From NCBI RefSeq assembly GCF_006345805.1, contig NC_042999.1, forward strand, positions 114,018,001 to 114,082,000: a stretch of 64,000 nucleotides of DNA. Reading direction: 5' to 3'. Shown here in pieces: positions 49,966-63,814 of this stretch; positions within the stretch are counted from its first letter, which is position 1, and the number at the start of each line of letters is the position of its first letter. The notes beneath the pieces were generated by a model, which was not told the DNA's origin, did not search any database, and worked only from the letters and a program-made list of their open reading frames with translations. Position numbers and translations under genes: made by a program. The stretch is from Octopus sinensis (Eukaryota).

Positions 49966-51624
49966 GATATCATGTTGCTCAGGTCCACTTTGGCATGATT
50001 TCTACAACTTTATGCTCTTTCAAAGCCCAACCACTGGGAACTTTTTTCACATTATCAGCACTAGTGAGGTTGTTATGTATGATAGTTTGCAAGACTATGA
50101 AGCCCATATGTGAGGAATGTGAGGAAATGAGGGGTTGAAATATAAGAGAAAGGGCCAGATTAGAATAGGTCTCTTGTTGTATGTGTGTGTGTGGAGGGGT
50201 TCATGGCTACCTACATTTTAGAAGATAGGGTGGAGTAAGGAAGAGATAAAAATGAAGTGATGCCAGTGGTAGCTCTGTGTGAACCTTTGAGATGTGAGGT
50301 GAGTAGATGTGAATGGACAAAAGAACGAAGGGTGGGGGTTAGATTGGGGGAGAGCATGGGTTAGTGAGAGATAGGAAATGAGTGAAGAAGTGAATATATT
50401 GAATGAAGAAATGTTGGATGGATGACAAGTAGGAGAGGTAAGGGAAGTGAAGGTGACAAATGTAGAGACTGGATAGGATTGAGGGGTGGATGTGGAAGAG
50501 TGGATAAAGAGTAAGAGTGACCAATCATGCATGGGGGAGGAGAAGAGTGGCAGAATAGTAATGATGATACAGTAGACAGGGGAAGGATGAAAGCAAGATT
50601 GATGACAAGTGGTTAAATAGAATATGAGTGTGGTGGAGCAGAGGCAGGTGTAGTGCATGGGGATGGTGAGAGGTTTTAGCCCAGAAGGAGGTGGGAGGTA
50701 TATAAAATGTGAGTGGAATACAATATTCAGGATGAGGGATAGTTATCAAGTGAAATGATTTTTGGTAAGGAAAAATAGCAATTAAAGAGATGAAAGTGGT
50801 GGGAGTATCTCGGAGAAAGAAATTGGACAAAGAGTTGTGCATATGTGTACACACACACACACAGTTCTAAAACTTAGTTCAGCTGAGTGAGTTGCATGGA
50901 TCTTCTCAAGAACTATATATATCACTAATATCCTTCATGCTTCACATCCCATGTTGTTAAAAGTATCTTTGAGAGAGAAAAGGTAGAACTACTGGGAAAT
51001 GCAATGGTACCCACATTGGAAAACATGTATATCATTCATTTCTGAAGCTTACTGTCAATCCGTCCAAGACTTTTTGGAAACAAGATATTTGTATGTTGAA
51101 CTGTTATGTTCTGGGGTATATACAATATTTTCCAGCATCCAAGTCAACATAGTATGCTATGTAAATGCTCAAACATTGTCTCTACCATTCTAAATCTTGT
51201 ATTTCACATGGACTGCTTTGCCCTTCAAAGCTGCCTCAGTGTATAAGGTTAACTACCTCTTTTGGCTGTAAATTTTGGTCAAAAAAATTCAAGTTGTATG
51301 CCACAGTTCAATTAGTACAACCCGTTTTCTTTTTATCTTGCATGTGCGTGCTCTTTGGATAGTTTCTGGCTCCGTAGTTATTTAACCAGCATAAAGCAAC
51401 CATAGCTAAGAACAATAATCTGAGAAACTAAGATGAAATTTCTTCCAGAAAACCAACATGATTTCTGCTTTTATTCACAATAAGAAATTTCTTCCGGAAA
51501 ATCAACGTGATTTCTGCTATTATTCACAATACTCTAAAGACCCATCCTACTCGTCTTCTGTAAGTTTTATTTTTTATTTTTTTTTACCATTTACATCTTA
51601 TTTACATGGACCAATGAATCATTA

Positions 51625-51885
51625 CAATTCCAGGATTCCACAAAGTCTCTGACTTTGGTTCTGCAGTTAGTTCCAGTCCTGTGTATTCTGGCTGAACTTT
51701 GTTGAAAGGTCAATAGCTAAGAGGTAGAAACCTTACTCAACTGAATTTCACTCCTGTTTTCTTTGGCCCACCTGAATACAGCATCACGGTCCTATTAAGA
51801 TCTTTTGTGGCCTTTTACAGTCATTTGATACCTTACTATCATCGGCATAGACTAAATAACTGACTGTGCAGACAAATGAGAGTAT
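51625..51885 (-). mobile_element. CR1/L2-like RT remnant
   Basis: Minus strand VYADDSKV (YADD motif), then FRWAKENR and a decayed RDLGI region. Confidence 0.7.
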
Positions 51886-51906
51886 ATCCGATATAAATAC
51901 CTAAAC

Positions 51907-52035
51907 CAGTCATGGGCAAATGGCAACCTGCAGGACTTTCTGAATGACACGCCTTAGTTTATTAGCAGTGCGATCCGTCTGGTAATGGGCCGTGTCTCAT
52001 GCAGCCCGCTTCTCGAAAAAGATTGTCCATGCCTG
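51907..52035. mobile_element. hAT (Charlie-like) MITE
   Basis: TIRs cagtcatgggcaa / ttgtccatgcctg with 8-bp TSD acctaaac / atctaaac. Confidence 0.8.
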
Positions 52036-52686
52036 ATCTAAACAATAGAATGAGTACCACTGTTTGGACGCAACAACTTGACTTTCTGCTTTGTGGGAAG
52101 CCATATAGCTGCGCGCACGCGTGCGTGCGTGTGTATCATATATGAACATACACACGACTGTACGCACATATATATCCACACCTTAATCCTATACACACAT
52201 GCAGGTATCTGAATGTCTCTTGGTTATGTTAAATTTTTTTTAAAAAAGGGGGGGGTACAAAAGGAGGTCTTGCCAAACATTTTTTTTCTTCTTTTTTAAA
52301 GAAATATTGGACAATGTAGAGCTTGATATACAAAAAAAAAAAGACGGTCTGATCATAACTGGAACAGCTTTAATCGATTAGAAGATAAACAACAACAAAT
52401 AGCCTAAATATGGCATCCATCACAAATTTGGGAATGTTTATTTATTGTGAATATGTTTCCGTAATTATCAGCAAAACTTTACTTTCAAATACTGATGGTG
52501 TGTATATATATGAAGACGTGATGTGCGTGCGTGTGTGAGAGAGAGAGAGATATATAATAGACATACTGGAGTGAATTGAAATTATAAATATTAAATGTAC
52601 ACATTGAAAGAGCCAACACAATACTCCACAGTAGTTTGTTTGGTTTTTTTTTATTATAGTCGGGTTCATATTTTAACCACGGTTAC

Positions 52687-52780
52687 CTGATGTCATGATG
52701 ACAAAGTGTGAGTAAGCGAGGAGAAATATCGTTGCCAAATATAACCCTATCTCTAACCAGGTTTTCTTTGTACGGTCCAT
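52687..52780 (-). CDS. Signal-peptide or TM-like coding exon of an unidentified secreted or membrane protein
   Basis: ATG at 52780 gives MDRTKKTWLEIGLYLATIFLLAYSHFVIMTS, ending at a phase-1 CAG|gtaacc donor. Acceptors lie at 52796 ((CT)n...gattag) or 52876 (T-run...ctttaag). Confidence 0.5.
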
Positions 52781-53782
52781 TAAACCGTACCAAGGCTAAT
52801 CAAGAATGCAGAGAGAGAGAGAGAGAGCGAGATCCTTAAAAGCAGCCACCTCCTCATAGTTGTAGCAGACCTTAACTTAAAGCATTGAAGAAAAAAAAAA
52901 AGAGCCGTTCCTTTATGAATATCCTAGCCTTGTTTCATTGCAAAGACAAAAAAAAATCTTTCAAAGAATATATTATATTCAGATCAAAATATCGGGGTCA
53001 GACTAGTATCAAATAAAAATTTAAAAATAAATACGAAGTAATCTAGAACAAGTATTTGAATTGATCACTATATGTGTGTGTGTATGTGCGTTGTGTTTAT
53101 ATATTATAAACATATTTCTTGGTGAAGAACGTATATAGAACAGTTCACCATCTTTCACTTCCTTATAATCACGTCTGCGCTAAAAATAAGGATACACGTG
53201 TGAGTGGTTACACAAATGTTGAAATCAAAATCTGGTTTTTTTAGCACTGAACAAATGTAAAAACGTGTGCGTATGTGACTGCAATCTTTTTTTTCTTTCT
53301 AATTCTCTGAACCCTTCCTTTATAAAGAAGAGTTAGATTCTAACCAAGAAACAAAGCTCCACTGTTGGAATTTAGATGAAAACAACAGCTAAGAGATACA
53401 TTTTGATTTTTAGCAATGTCTCATACATTTTCACCGTTCCCCTTATAGACTGAATTTATATAGTTCGTGTTAGCTGATCGCTTTTTTGTGCGTGTATATA
53501 TATAAAATTTGTTTATCTGCTTATATATATATATAATTAACTGCTTATATATAATTAACGAAATAACCAAACATTCACATATCTAGAGTAAGCTTTATTG
53601 ACATAGGAAAGGTTTTCCTAATAGAAATTTACCATGGGAATAGAGAAAAATACGAGCAGGTGCGCACTACTGAAAGTATAATTTTTCTATCATCATCCTT
53701 TCATCATTGTATACCTTTGACTTTTTGTTTCTATTTATAATTCCTTTTATCTATTTCTGTTGCCGACGTATTATTTAATAAC

Positions 53783-53813
<31 letters not shown>

Positions 53814-53919
53814 CCGCATCATAACTACCAGCATCATGAAAATGCTTGAAAGAGGACTACGGGAGTGATTGACAACAAACCGCTGAGATATAGATAGACC
53901 TGCCACCCTCTCAACTCAC

Positions 53920-54027
53920 TCCAGAGATGCGCAGTCTTGCCAAACAACAGGCAGCCCAGGCTTGTCTGGATATTACTCGATGATACCACCACTGGCACAC
54001 TGTAAACCTTGCACCGTTTCGAAGAAC
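53920..54027 (-). other. 108-nt exon (5' UTR or upstream coding)
   Basis: T-run...tttatttggcgcag| and GGA|gtgagt; phase-0 frame open (VLRNGARFTVCQWWYHRVISRQAWAACCLARLRISG). Confidence 0.5.
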
Positions 54028-54284
54028 CTGCGCCAAATAAATAGTACATGAAACAAGAAAAAAAAAAAGCTAACATAATGTAATGCTCACAGCTTAACAT
54101 CATAAGTACGGAGAGGAAACCATAAAAGAAACATATGTACAATATACATGTATAACGAGGTTACACTAACATGCACATACAAATCTATGAAAGTGTATGT
54201 ATATGTGTGTGTATATATATATATAAACACAAATGTGGAAAAGACGAACAATGTTTATATGTACGAGTGGGAATGTGTGTACGA

Positions 54285-54354
<70 letters not shown>

Positions 54355-54450
54355 ATATACACACATATAAACAGCGTTTATATACGCGTGTTATATGTGT
54401 GAGAAGAGACGCTCGTTGAAATTCATAACTAAAGACCTCGACTTTTATAT

Positions 54451-54495
<45 letters not shown>

Positions 54496-55197
54496 TAAAT
54501 ACGTATTGCTTTTTAAATCAGTAGGAATGGTAGTGGACAAAAATGCATGCTTTCGTTTGACTCAAGATAGATATAAACAAATACATCGTAAATACATAAA
54601 TAAAACAATGACCTTAAACTATAAAGAGATAAGGATAATAATAGCAAAATAACAAAACAAAAACACTATGGTCTATGAAAAAAAAAAATTAAGCAAGACT
54701 TGCTACGCAACAAAGAGCCTTCGTCTTCATACCACAATAAACAAAACAAAACAAGCTATGTCCCTCGCCTTCTCCTGTATCTATTTATGAAGGAAAAACG
54801 AAGGCCATGGAAACTAATAGGATAGAGACAGAGGAAAGAAGAATAAACATTCATCAGATAACACCATCACACTCATACAATAAAATGCAAAACTTCAGTT
54901 TCGTAATTTTAATATCCTCATGATCAAATTAATATTTGGTCAGTACCCGAGTCTATGTTTATATCAAAATATAGCACAGTAAAAAATTTCATTCGTTTGA
55001 AGTCTTTTTATTTTTTTAATATTTTTATCTGATAATATATGAAATGTGTATACAGAAAAAACTGTATGTTTTTTTGGCATATAAATCAAGGACTAGGAGT
55101 GGACAAAAGCAACAAAATGCAAAATGAAATGTGATTGAAAGATAATAATAATAAAAAAAGATACATTTATGCTTTTGCTTTGGTCAAGAAAATATAC

Positions 55198-55302
<105 letters not shown>

Positions 55303-55489
55303 AAGGTTGCCTTAGTGAATACAAGAGCATATATCTAATAATAAATAACGCACCATGTTAGCTAGATACAATATATTCCGTTGTTATTGTTAATACTGGT
55401 GGTATGAATATGCGTGTGTGTGTATATGAAAGATATAGTATCTCTCCTTGTATGCGTGTTGATATATAGACGTGTGTGTGTGGACTTAC

Positions 55490-55638
55490 CTTGGGAAAGC
55501 TCTCCAGGCAGTAGTACTTCACATCATGTGCAGTTAGATGCAATATCAGGCAGCAACAGCAGGAAGTCTTAGGACATTGTAATAAACCCGAGGTAAGTAA
55601 ATAGCCACGGTTGCTGCCAAAATTATGTATGTTGTGAA
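55490..55638 (-). other. Upstream exon of the same minus-strand unit
   Basis: CCAAG|gtaagt donor at 55489; possible acceptor ttttctatgtag at 55639. Confidence 0.45.
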
Positions 55639-56016
55639 CTACATAGAAAACAAGCATACATGGACTTATTATATTTCTTTCACTTGTTCACTCTCTGTCT
55701 ATTTATGTTGTGGTTGATCTCAAACAAAAGAGAACTCGAGAATACGTAGTTTTTTTGTAACGCTACCTCCGATTGGTTCGATTCGATGACGCAAAAATTG
55801 CTTTATTTCAACCGCAACAAAATAGAAGTCGATTTAATTTGAAGAATAAAAACTTTCCAATAACACAAGGCTCTAGAAATAGTCTTTATATACTTCTTAT
55901 GACTATTTTCTCCTTTTTTCAAACCAGGTATTGTCTCAAAAGAGGTTTCTTATATACCTAACAGTAGTCGTAAGCTATCAAGAGAAATAACCAATGAAAA
56001 GCAGTTTTGCTCACGT

Positions 56017-57240
56017 AAAAAGGACCATGTGGATACTTCCTCAATGTTTTGGTCTGAATGTGACGTCATAGAAAGAGACAAGAGATAAACAGTAACAAAC
56101 ATAGCAAGTTTGTTTTCAGGGATTGTTTACTGTTTACTTTCGCTCGATCTTTTTTTTTATTTAATCTAATATTCCAGTCTTTAACTTCTTTCTAAATATT
56201 CTTATCTTTTATATGACAAATTAATAATACATTATTTCGATTTATTTCAAGGCCTTTTTTTAAAAATGTATTTATTTATTCGTAGTTCGCAGTAACAGTG
56301 ACTTTCGCTCATATCCTCCTTGTAGTGCATAAAGAAGCATACCAGAATTGTTATCAATGAATTTGTTGAATAATATTTTGTCTCGATCCAAAAGAAAAAC
56401 ATTCAGAGATGTTTATTTCTTCTAAAACAACATACTATCATCAGCAACAGATTCTGTTATTGTTTTTCTTTTCTTTCTCTTTTTCTTTTTGTTCTTGCTG
56501 GTAATATTTAATTGTGTATATGGCAGGCAGGATGCCTTGCCATATTGTATCCTGTTTGTGAGTTCAAATTCCGTTGGAGTCGACTTTGTCTTTCATCCTT
56601 ACTGGATCGATAAAATAAGTAAGTACCAGTCAAGTACTGAGGTCGATCTTAATCCACAATAGCCATCCCACCCCCAAAACTCATGGCTTTGTGTCTACGT
56701 TAGAAATCAATATTTAATTGTGAGATTCTGAAGTTTTTTTAGTTTGTTATTTTTTTTTCATAAATTCTTTTGTTAACACAGGCATAATGTTTATAAATAT
56801 AACAAAAAATTCAAATGTGCGTATATATTTGTGTATACGGGTGTATATGTATGCATGCTCTTTTATGTTTGTGTGCACATGTAGGTGTGTATTGACGTTC
56901 TATAGGCAAGCTTATCTTTCTATATATATCATGCATATATACATGTACATGCATATATGTGTGTGAACATTAAATGACTCAACATGCACTCACTCCAAAT
57001 TTAGTAAAGTCTGCTATCTGTTTATCTGTCTGTCTATCTAGATAACTAGCAATGTAATTAAATTCACAGAACAGAATCATAAGTATTCCCTTGTGTTCCT
57101 GTAGTATGAATTTATGGATTTATTTAATTTTGCAATTCCCTACATACAAACTTACTATGGTTAACTGGTTATCTTTAGTGTCTTTCAATGACGTCACATT
57201 CAGACCAAAACATCAAGGAAGTATCCACATGGTCCTTTTT
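56017..57240. mobile_element. Segment bounded by 60-bp inverted repeats (MITE-like, possibly Kolobok-type)
   Basis: 56017-56076 versus the reverse complement of 57181-57240 is 57/60 identical. A SINE B copy sits inside at 56520-56712. No clean TSD was seen. Confidence 0.55.
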
Positions 57241-58331
57241 GCCCAAATATGTGTGTGTGTTTGTATGTAAATAGGGAACAGCCTTTCTTTCAAACATGTT
57301 GAAGTAAAGGCATAATTATGTCCAAGTTTAATCTTTTTTTTATTTATTAAGGATTGTTAGTCCTTTTCGTTTAGATTGGAACTGTAGCGTTCCTTAATTC
57401 ATTAGTCCATTAACGTTCTAGTTCTCATCATCAGAACAACGTGATATTCATCGAGGTACATTGTTCGCACAGTTCGTGTATGTGCGTGTGCGCGCGTTTT
57501 AGCAGAATAATCAATTGGAGAGGACGTTGAACTCGAAGTTTGTGGGTCATAAATTCATTGCATCTCTTTGCAGCAAGCCACTTCATTCGACACAGCTCAT
57601 TTGTCACTAATAGGTACCAGGCCATCGTGCATTTCATCTCTTAATTGTTTGTATTTAGAGTCTAAAGCTATATAAACTAACTGGCTATGTTATTGAGGCA
57701 ATAGAATAGTCTGCTACTACTAATAAGATAGCTGATAAGTTCAAATCGTCTACAATTATGGAGACGAAGTGGCAGAGTCAATGGAGCACTGGATTGATTG
57801 CTCTGTAACATTTGTTCTGACTCTGAGGTCCAAATTCAAAATCCAGCTGAAGCCAACTTTGCCTTTTATCCTTTCAAGATTACGTAAAAGAAAAATGCAC
57901 CAGTTGTGGGCAGCGGATTGGTGAAACTGTAAAAATGTCAGTCAGGATGCTACGCAATATTTGTTCAGTCTCTATTTGTTATGAGTTCAAATCCAACAAT
58001 GGGGCCTACTTAGCTGCTAAACCTTAACTTAATCAAGTTTAATACCACCACCTGGCACCAGTGGTACTTTTAGAGGAGTTAAATCTGTTGCAACCATCCA
58101 GGTCAGGTCATCAGTTGGAGGATACCTTCCTGTCTCCCAACAGTTTCAGATGCCTTGTAAAAGGTCATGGGCACTCTCCTTTCCCTTGACTAAATAAAAA
58201 TTAAAAAATTCAGAATTCTATAAGCACAACATTCAATATACATGTCTGCTGGTTGCCTATTCTTATTTCACACTTGTATGGTTAGTAATATGACATGTAT
58301 TCCAACTATAAAAATGCTTCTTTCATTCAAC

Positions 58332-58750
58332 ATCATCATCATTGGCATCATCACCATTATTTAACATCCATTTTCCATGCTTGAACGTGTTGGACAGTTT
58401 GACAGGAGGTTGCAAGCCAAAGAACTGTGACAAGCTCCTTTGTCTGCTTTGGCATGACTTCTACAGTTGGTTGCCCTTCCAAACACCAAACACTTTAAAG
58501 ATTGTACTGAGGGATTTTTATGTGACACCAGTACCATCAGGGTCGCCAAGTAACTTGTAAGACCAAGCTCCCTTCAACTGGGAGGTAACTTTGTGCTAGT
58601 GAATGAGAGGATAAAATGTATAATAGAGGGATAGAGAGAGGTATTTTGCTGTAGGCAAGACACACAGCTACCCCAGTTGAAAATGAAAAGAGAGAAAGAT
58701 AGTGGTGAAGGAGATGTGTCAGAATATATTCACAAGGTAGGGAATGTGTA
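58332..58750 (-). mobile_element. RTE 3' UTR/tail (family C), decayed
   Basis: catcatcacc...tttaacatccattttccatgc...gcccttcc, then a purine-rich antisense UTR. Confidence 0.7.
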
Positions 58751-58844
58751 GAGGTAGGTCTTTAATATAATTGCATTAACAAAATGCAATTATTCAAACT
58801 GAGTAAAACCATTCTACCTATATTAAACTCATACATTTAACCCT

Positions 58845-59192
58845 CTCAGATGTAAGTGCCGCCCCGACTGGCCTCGTGCCGGTGGCACATAAAAAGCACC
58901 AACCGATTGTGGACGTTGCCAGCCTCGCCTGGCCCCGTGCCGGTGGCACATAAAAAGCACCATCCGATCATGGCTGTTTGCCAGCCTCGTCAGGCACCTG
59001 TGCCGGTGGCATGTAAAAAGCACCCACTACACTCACGGAGTGATTGGCGTTAGGAAGGGCATCCAGCCGTAGAAACATTGCCAGATCAGACTGGGCCTGG
59101 TGCAGCCTCCTGGCTTCCCAGAACCCAGTTGAACCGTCAAACCCATGCTAGCATGGAAAGCGTACGCTAAACGAACATAATGATGATGATGA
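58845..59192 (+). mobile_element. RTE 3' tail (family C), young, three internal repeat units
   Basis: gtgccggtggcacataaaaagcacc-type unit x3, ggcgttaggaagggcatccagcc, (GAT)n tail. Confidence 0.85.
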
Positions 59193-59577
59193 GATTGTTT
59201 TAAATTAATCATGCATTATCTCATCCCTTTGAGATTTCTATGATATTATTTATATTGAGAATGACATTGTCGGATAGGTGTGAGAAGCCAGATATGGCTG
59301 CTTTGACCATAAAACAGGAAGAATATTTCGGACAGTTATGGCCAGTTTAAATGCTAAAGAGTGAACCATTTTGAAATTATAGTCAAATTTCCCTCATGTC
59401 ACTCATTACTATCATAAATACAGAGAGGGATACATTGGATAATATAGTCCTTAAACCGACAGGATGGTCATTGGTGAATTAACTTTGATTACAGTTAGGC
59501 TTCATTAGGACTGGCCTGGACAAAACAAAATAAACAGCAAAGTGAAGAATAGAGTATTTGAAACAGTATAAACCTAA

Positions 59578-59781
59578 TCCTTTCTACACAAGGGCTGAAA
59601 TTTGGGGGAGGGAGATAGTCAATTTCATCAACCCCAGTGCGTAACTGGTACTTATTTCATCGACCCCCAAAAGGATGAAAGGTAAAGTTGATCTCAATGG
59701 AATTTGAACTCAGAATGTAGTGACGGGTGAAATACCACTAAGCATTTCATCCAGCGTGCTAACGATTCTACCAGCTTGCCG
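59578..59781 (-). mobile_element. SINE family B copy
   Basis: accccagtgcgtaactggtacttatttcatcgacccc...ctaccagcttgcc. Confidence 0.85.
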
Positions 59782-60080
59782 TCTTTCAGTACAAACCTAA
59801 TTGTTACTTCATTTATATTGCACAGTTAGAAGACAAAGTTAACCCCAGTACAATTTGAATGCAAAATACAGAAAAACGTAACTACCATGCATGAAGGTTT
59901 TCTAGTCCATTATTAGCTTGCTTGTTTCAGTCATTGAACTGTGGCCATACTGGTGCATGACCTTGATGGCTTTAATCAATCAAACTCACCCATCTTCTTA
60001 ATTTATGAAGACAAAAAGCACTAGTTGCTCAGTGATGAGTGATAAATGCAAAAATGAACACACTCACTCACACATACATA

Positions 60081-60111
<31 letters not shown>

Positions 60112-60624
60112 GTACATACATGCATGCATACATATATACACAGGCAGACATAACTATCATGGTCAGGAAGAATTTGTTGAGGCAGTTTTTCAATGGCCAG
60201 TTGCAATTCCTGTGTAACTAACGCTCACTTGTTTCCAAGCAAACTGATATTTTCCCTGGCTAGAAACATAGGACATTGCTTGTTGGATAGAACTGTTCTC
60301 ACATAACTATAATGTCAAGACTAATAAACACACATACATACATACACACACATATACAATAGGCTTCTTTCTGTTTCCATCTACCAATTCCACTCACAAG
60401 GTTTTGTGCCCAAAGTGCGACATGGTTGTGAAGCAAACTCCTTAATCATGCAGCCATGCATGGGCCTCCTTTAATATCTCTGTTACACTACAAATCTAAC
60501 AATAGTAATGATTTTCAAAATAGGCACAAGACCACAAATTTTGAAGGAGACAATAGACATTGAGCTCAACCTCATATATTTGTCTGGTATTTATTTTATC
60601 ATATACTTTACTGGTGCCTATTAT

Positions 60625-60880
60625 TATTATGGCTGGGTTCCAGCCCAGGCCACAGCAACAAAGTCCACCTGCTACACTTCTTGGTCCATCATCACTGCCT
60701 CAAGGTCCTGGATACATTTCACGCCAGTATCTGCAATCAAGTTGTGTGATGAGGTTTTTCTCACAAGATTAATTTGGATGCTTCCAATTCAGGGTGGTGC
60801 ATGCAATGACCAGATAGTTGCAGCTGTCTTTGCCTAATTTTCTTGCAAACTTTTGACAGGTTTCCATGAAGGTAATCATT
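60625..60880 (-). mobile_element. LINE ORF2 C-terminal remnant (RTE-related)
   Basis: KIRQRQLQLSGHCMHHPELEASKLIL resembles KIR.RRLRLAGHC.RHPE. Confidence 0.65.
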
Positions 60881-60951
60881 TGTCATATGTTGCTGCCATT
60901 TTAATATATTTAATAAACTGACCTAGTACTTGACTAGTATTTTATTGTGAC

Positions 60952-61166
60952 CTTAACATTTAATCCAGCCCAAATATTTTACCTGCCTTATGTTAAAACA
61001 GACCAGATCCAACCTCTCTCACCAACCCTACAATGTTATTCTAAAAATGTAGAAACACACCATTTAAATCTTAAAGCTACCAGCCCAGATGATATGTGAT
61101 TAATTCAAAACAATGTGAATAAATAAGCAATATATTTGACAAAGAAATTTGAACACTAAAGGGTTA
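60952..61166. mobile_element. piggyBac-like MITE family 2
   Basis: Body matches 10330-10562; ends cactaaagggttaa. Confidence 0.65.
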
Positions 61167-61502
61167 AGCTCATCAGAATATGAACTCAGAGTGTAAAGAG
61201 CTGGATCAAATAATGCAAGATTCTTTTTTGACACTCTAATGATCCTGCCAATCTACCATGAAAATTATTATATTTAACTTATAACTAGTCTGACAAAATA
61301 TATTCTAATTTGCCTATGGCTCAAGCCATAGGTGAAACAGGAATTTTGTTGGATCACTAATTGTGGATTAAATATTTCTGTTCACTCTCAGACCCATCTA
61401 AGAATACTTTATTTTAAGTGGCCAGACATTGTTTCTTTTTGAACTCGTCACTCCTTGAATAAATATTATTTGATACACATATTTGTACAGTAGATTTTTC
61501 AG

Positions 61503-61554
61503 AGTTTATATTACCAAATTCTACACAAAATATTATTGTGAACCCAAAGCTATG
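61503..61554 (+). other. Candidate 52-nt exon of a plus-strand gene
   Basis: gatttttcag| ... GCTATG|gtaaga; two frames are open. Confidence 0.25.
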
Positions 61555-61924
61555 GTAAGAGATAGTAAGATACCACAGAGTAAGATTGAACTTAGAGCTA
61601 CAAGCGAACTTCTTCACCACACCACCATACTAAACACCAGGTCAAATATCATCATCATCATCATTTCAATATCCTACAGATTATGCTTACATGAGTCAGA
61701 GAGCGTTTACTGAGATAGACTTTCTGTTTCTAAGCAAAGTAATATTTCCTCATAGCCAGGCATGTTCTCATAGAATATTGGAAATGAATAACACTACCTG
61801 CATGACAATCATTTAACAACTATCACATGATGTCAAGACGAGTAGACACACATACAGACGTGTGTGTGTGTGTGTTTGTATGAAAATATATATATATATT
61901 CACACAAACACACACACACACACA

Positions 61925-62072
61925 TGACAGGCTTATCTCAGTTTCCATCTACCAAATCCACTCATGAGGCTTTGGTTGGACCAAGGCTATAGTAGAACAC
62001 ACTTGGCAGGGAGACTGAACCTGGAACCATGTGGTTAAGAAGCAAACTTCTTATCATACAGCCCCACCTGCA
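61925..62072 (-). mobile_element. SINE family A head
   Basis: ggcttatctcagtttcc...gactgaacctggaaccatgtggtt. Confidence 0.8.
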
Positions 62073-62074
62073 TC

Positions 62075-62115
<41 letters not shown>

Positions 62116-62116
<1 letters not shown>

Positions 62117-62346
62117 GCAACGAGCTGGCAGAAACGTTAGCGCGCCGGGTGAAATGCTTAGCGGTATTTCGTCTGCCGTTACGTTCTGAGTTCAAATTCC
62201 GCCATGGTTGACTTTGCCTTTCATCCTTTCGAGGTCGATAAATAAAGTACCAGTTACGCACTGGGGTTGATGTAATCGACTTAATCCCTTTGTCTGTCCT
62301 TGTTTGTCCCCTTTATGTTTAGCCCCTTGTGGGCAATAAAGAAATA
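62116..62346 (+). mobile_element. SINE family B, full length and young
   Basis: gagctggcagaaacgttagcgcgccgggtgaaatgcttagcgg A-box region, gagttcaaattcc B box, complete tail; (ta)n-gtgg on both flanks. Confidence 0.92.
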
Positions 62347-62814
62347 TATATATATATATAGTGGTATACAGGGCGATTAAATTTACTAACAATGTTACTG
62401 GTACTTTATTTTATGGATCCACCATACCCTGGTTACCTCTACCCCAACCACCCTGAAAAAATTATGAAATTGTCATCATTGTCATTATTGTGTTCTCCCA
62501 TTGCTGCTGCTACAAACAGATTCAGGACTTCAGTTTGTAATACAGTTAGGATAGACCAACAAGGCATGGTTCATGATGTGTCATGCATGATGTCATGATG
62601 ACATCTGCTGTAATAGTTTACTTGTGACACCTTCATAGCAAAGCAGAACCACTTCAGGCAAGAGGCATCTTCTATTCCAGTATGCTCGTAAGTGTAAATC
62701 AGTGTGTTTGAGGAGGTGTAAATATCATCACCAACTCAGACACACATAACACATACATGGACATGCATGCAAACTATATTACAATATGTGTATGTATGCA
62801 ATGTAAATAAGTAT

Positions 62815-63305
<491 letters not shown>

Positions 63306-63410
63306 ACATAGATAATAGTTTTCACTCCAAAATTGTGTGATGTTTACTTGTTTTCAAAAATCTGTGTGCTGTGAATTTTTTATCTGTTCATATTTTAATT
63401 TTTATTTTTG

Positions 63411-63462
<52 letters not shown>

Positions 63463-63770
63463 TTAAATTTATTTTATATCAAGCTAATGGCATAAATATA
63501 AAATATAAAAACACAATAACAAACAATTATCATCGAATGGATCATCTTAGTCATGAACAATGAATGCTAAATGCTCTAAGTGAACCATATCTAAGCAGTT
63601 GAAAATCTATGAAGGTCAGAGATTGTTCTAACATGGTTGATTGTTTGTGTTTATTATAATAATTTGTGAGGTTTTTGTTTGTTTGCTTTTTTTGTAAACT
63701 TTTGCTTTAATTACTTTGTTTTAATTTTATTAGTGCCTTTTGCTTTCTTGTGCATGTGTATGTGTGTGTT

Positions 63771-63814
<44 letters not shown>

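Noticed and set aside
50130-50830. Purine-rich stretch with H/P/S/L-rich minus ORFs
   Set aside because: Probably an old retroelement or UTR remnant; no motif was clear enough to assign a family or gene.
52659-52706. Plus-strand 48-nt exon (tttttattatag ... AAGT|gtgagt) antisense to the signal-peptide exon
   Set aside because: All three frames contain stops and no compatible downstream exon was found. It is noted only as a possible antisense splice.
58855-59015. Repeat-spacer pattern resembling a CRISPR array
   Set aside because: This is eukaryotic context, the spacers are similar to one another, and the array is part of the RTE 3' UTR.
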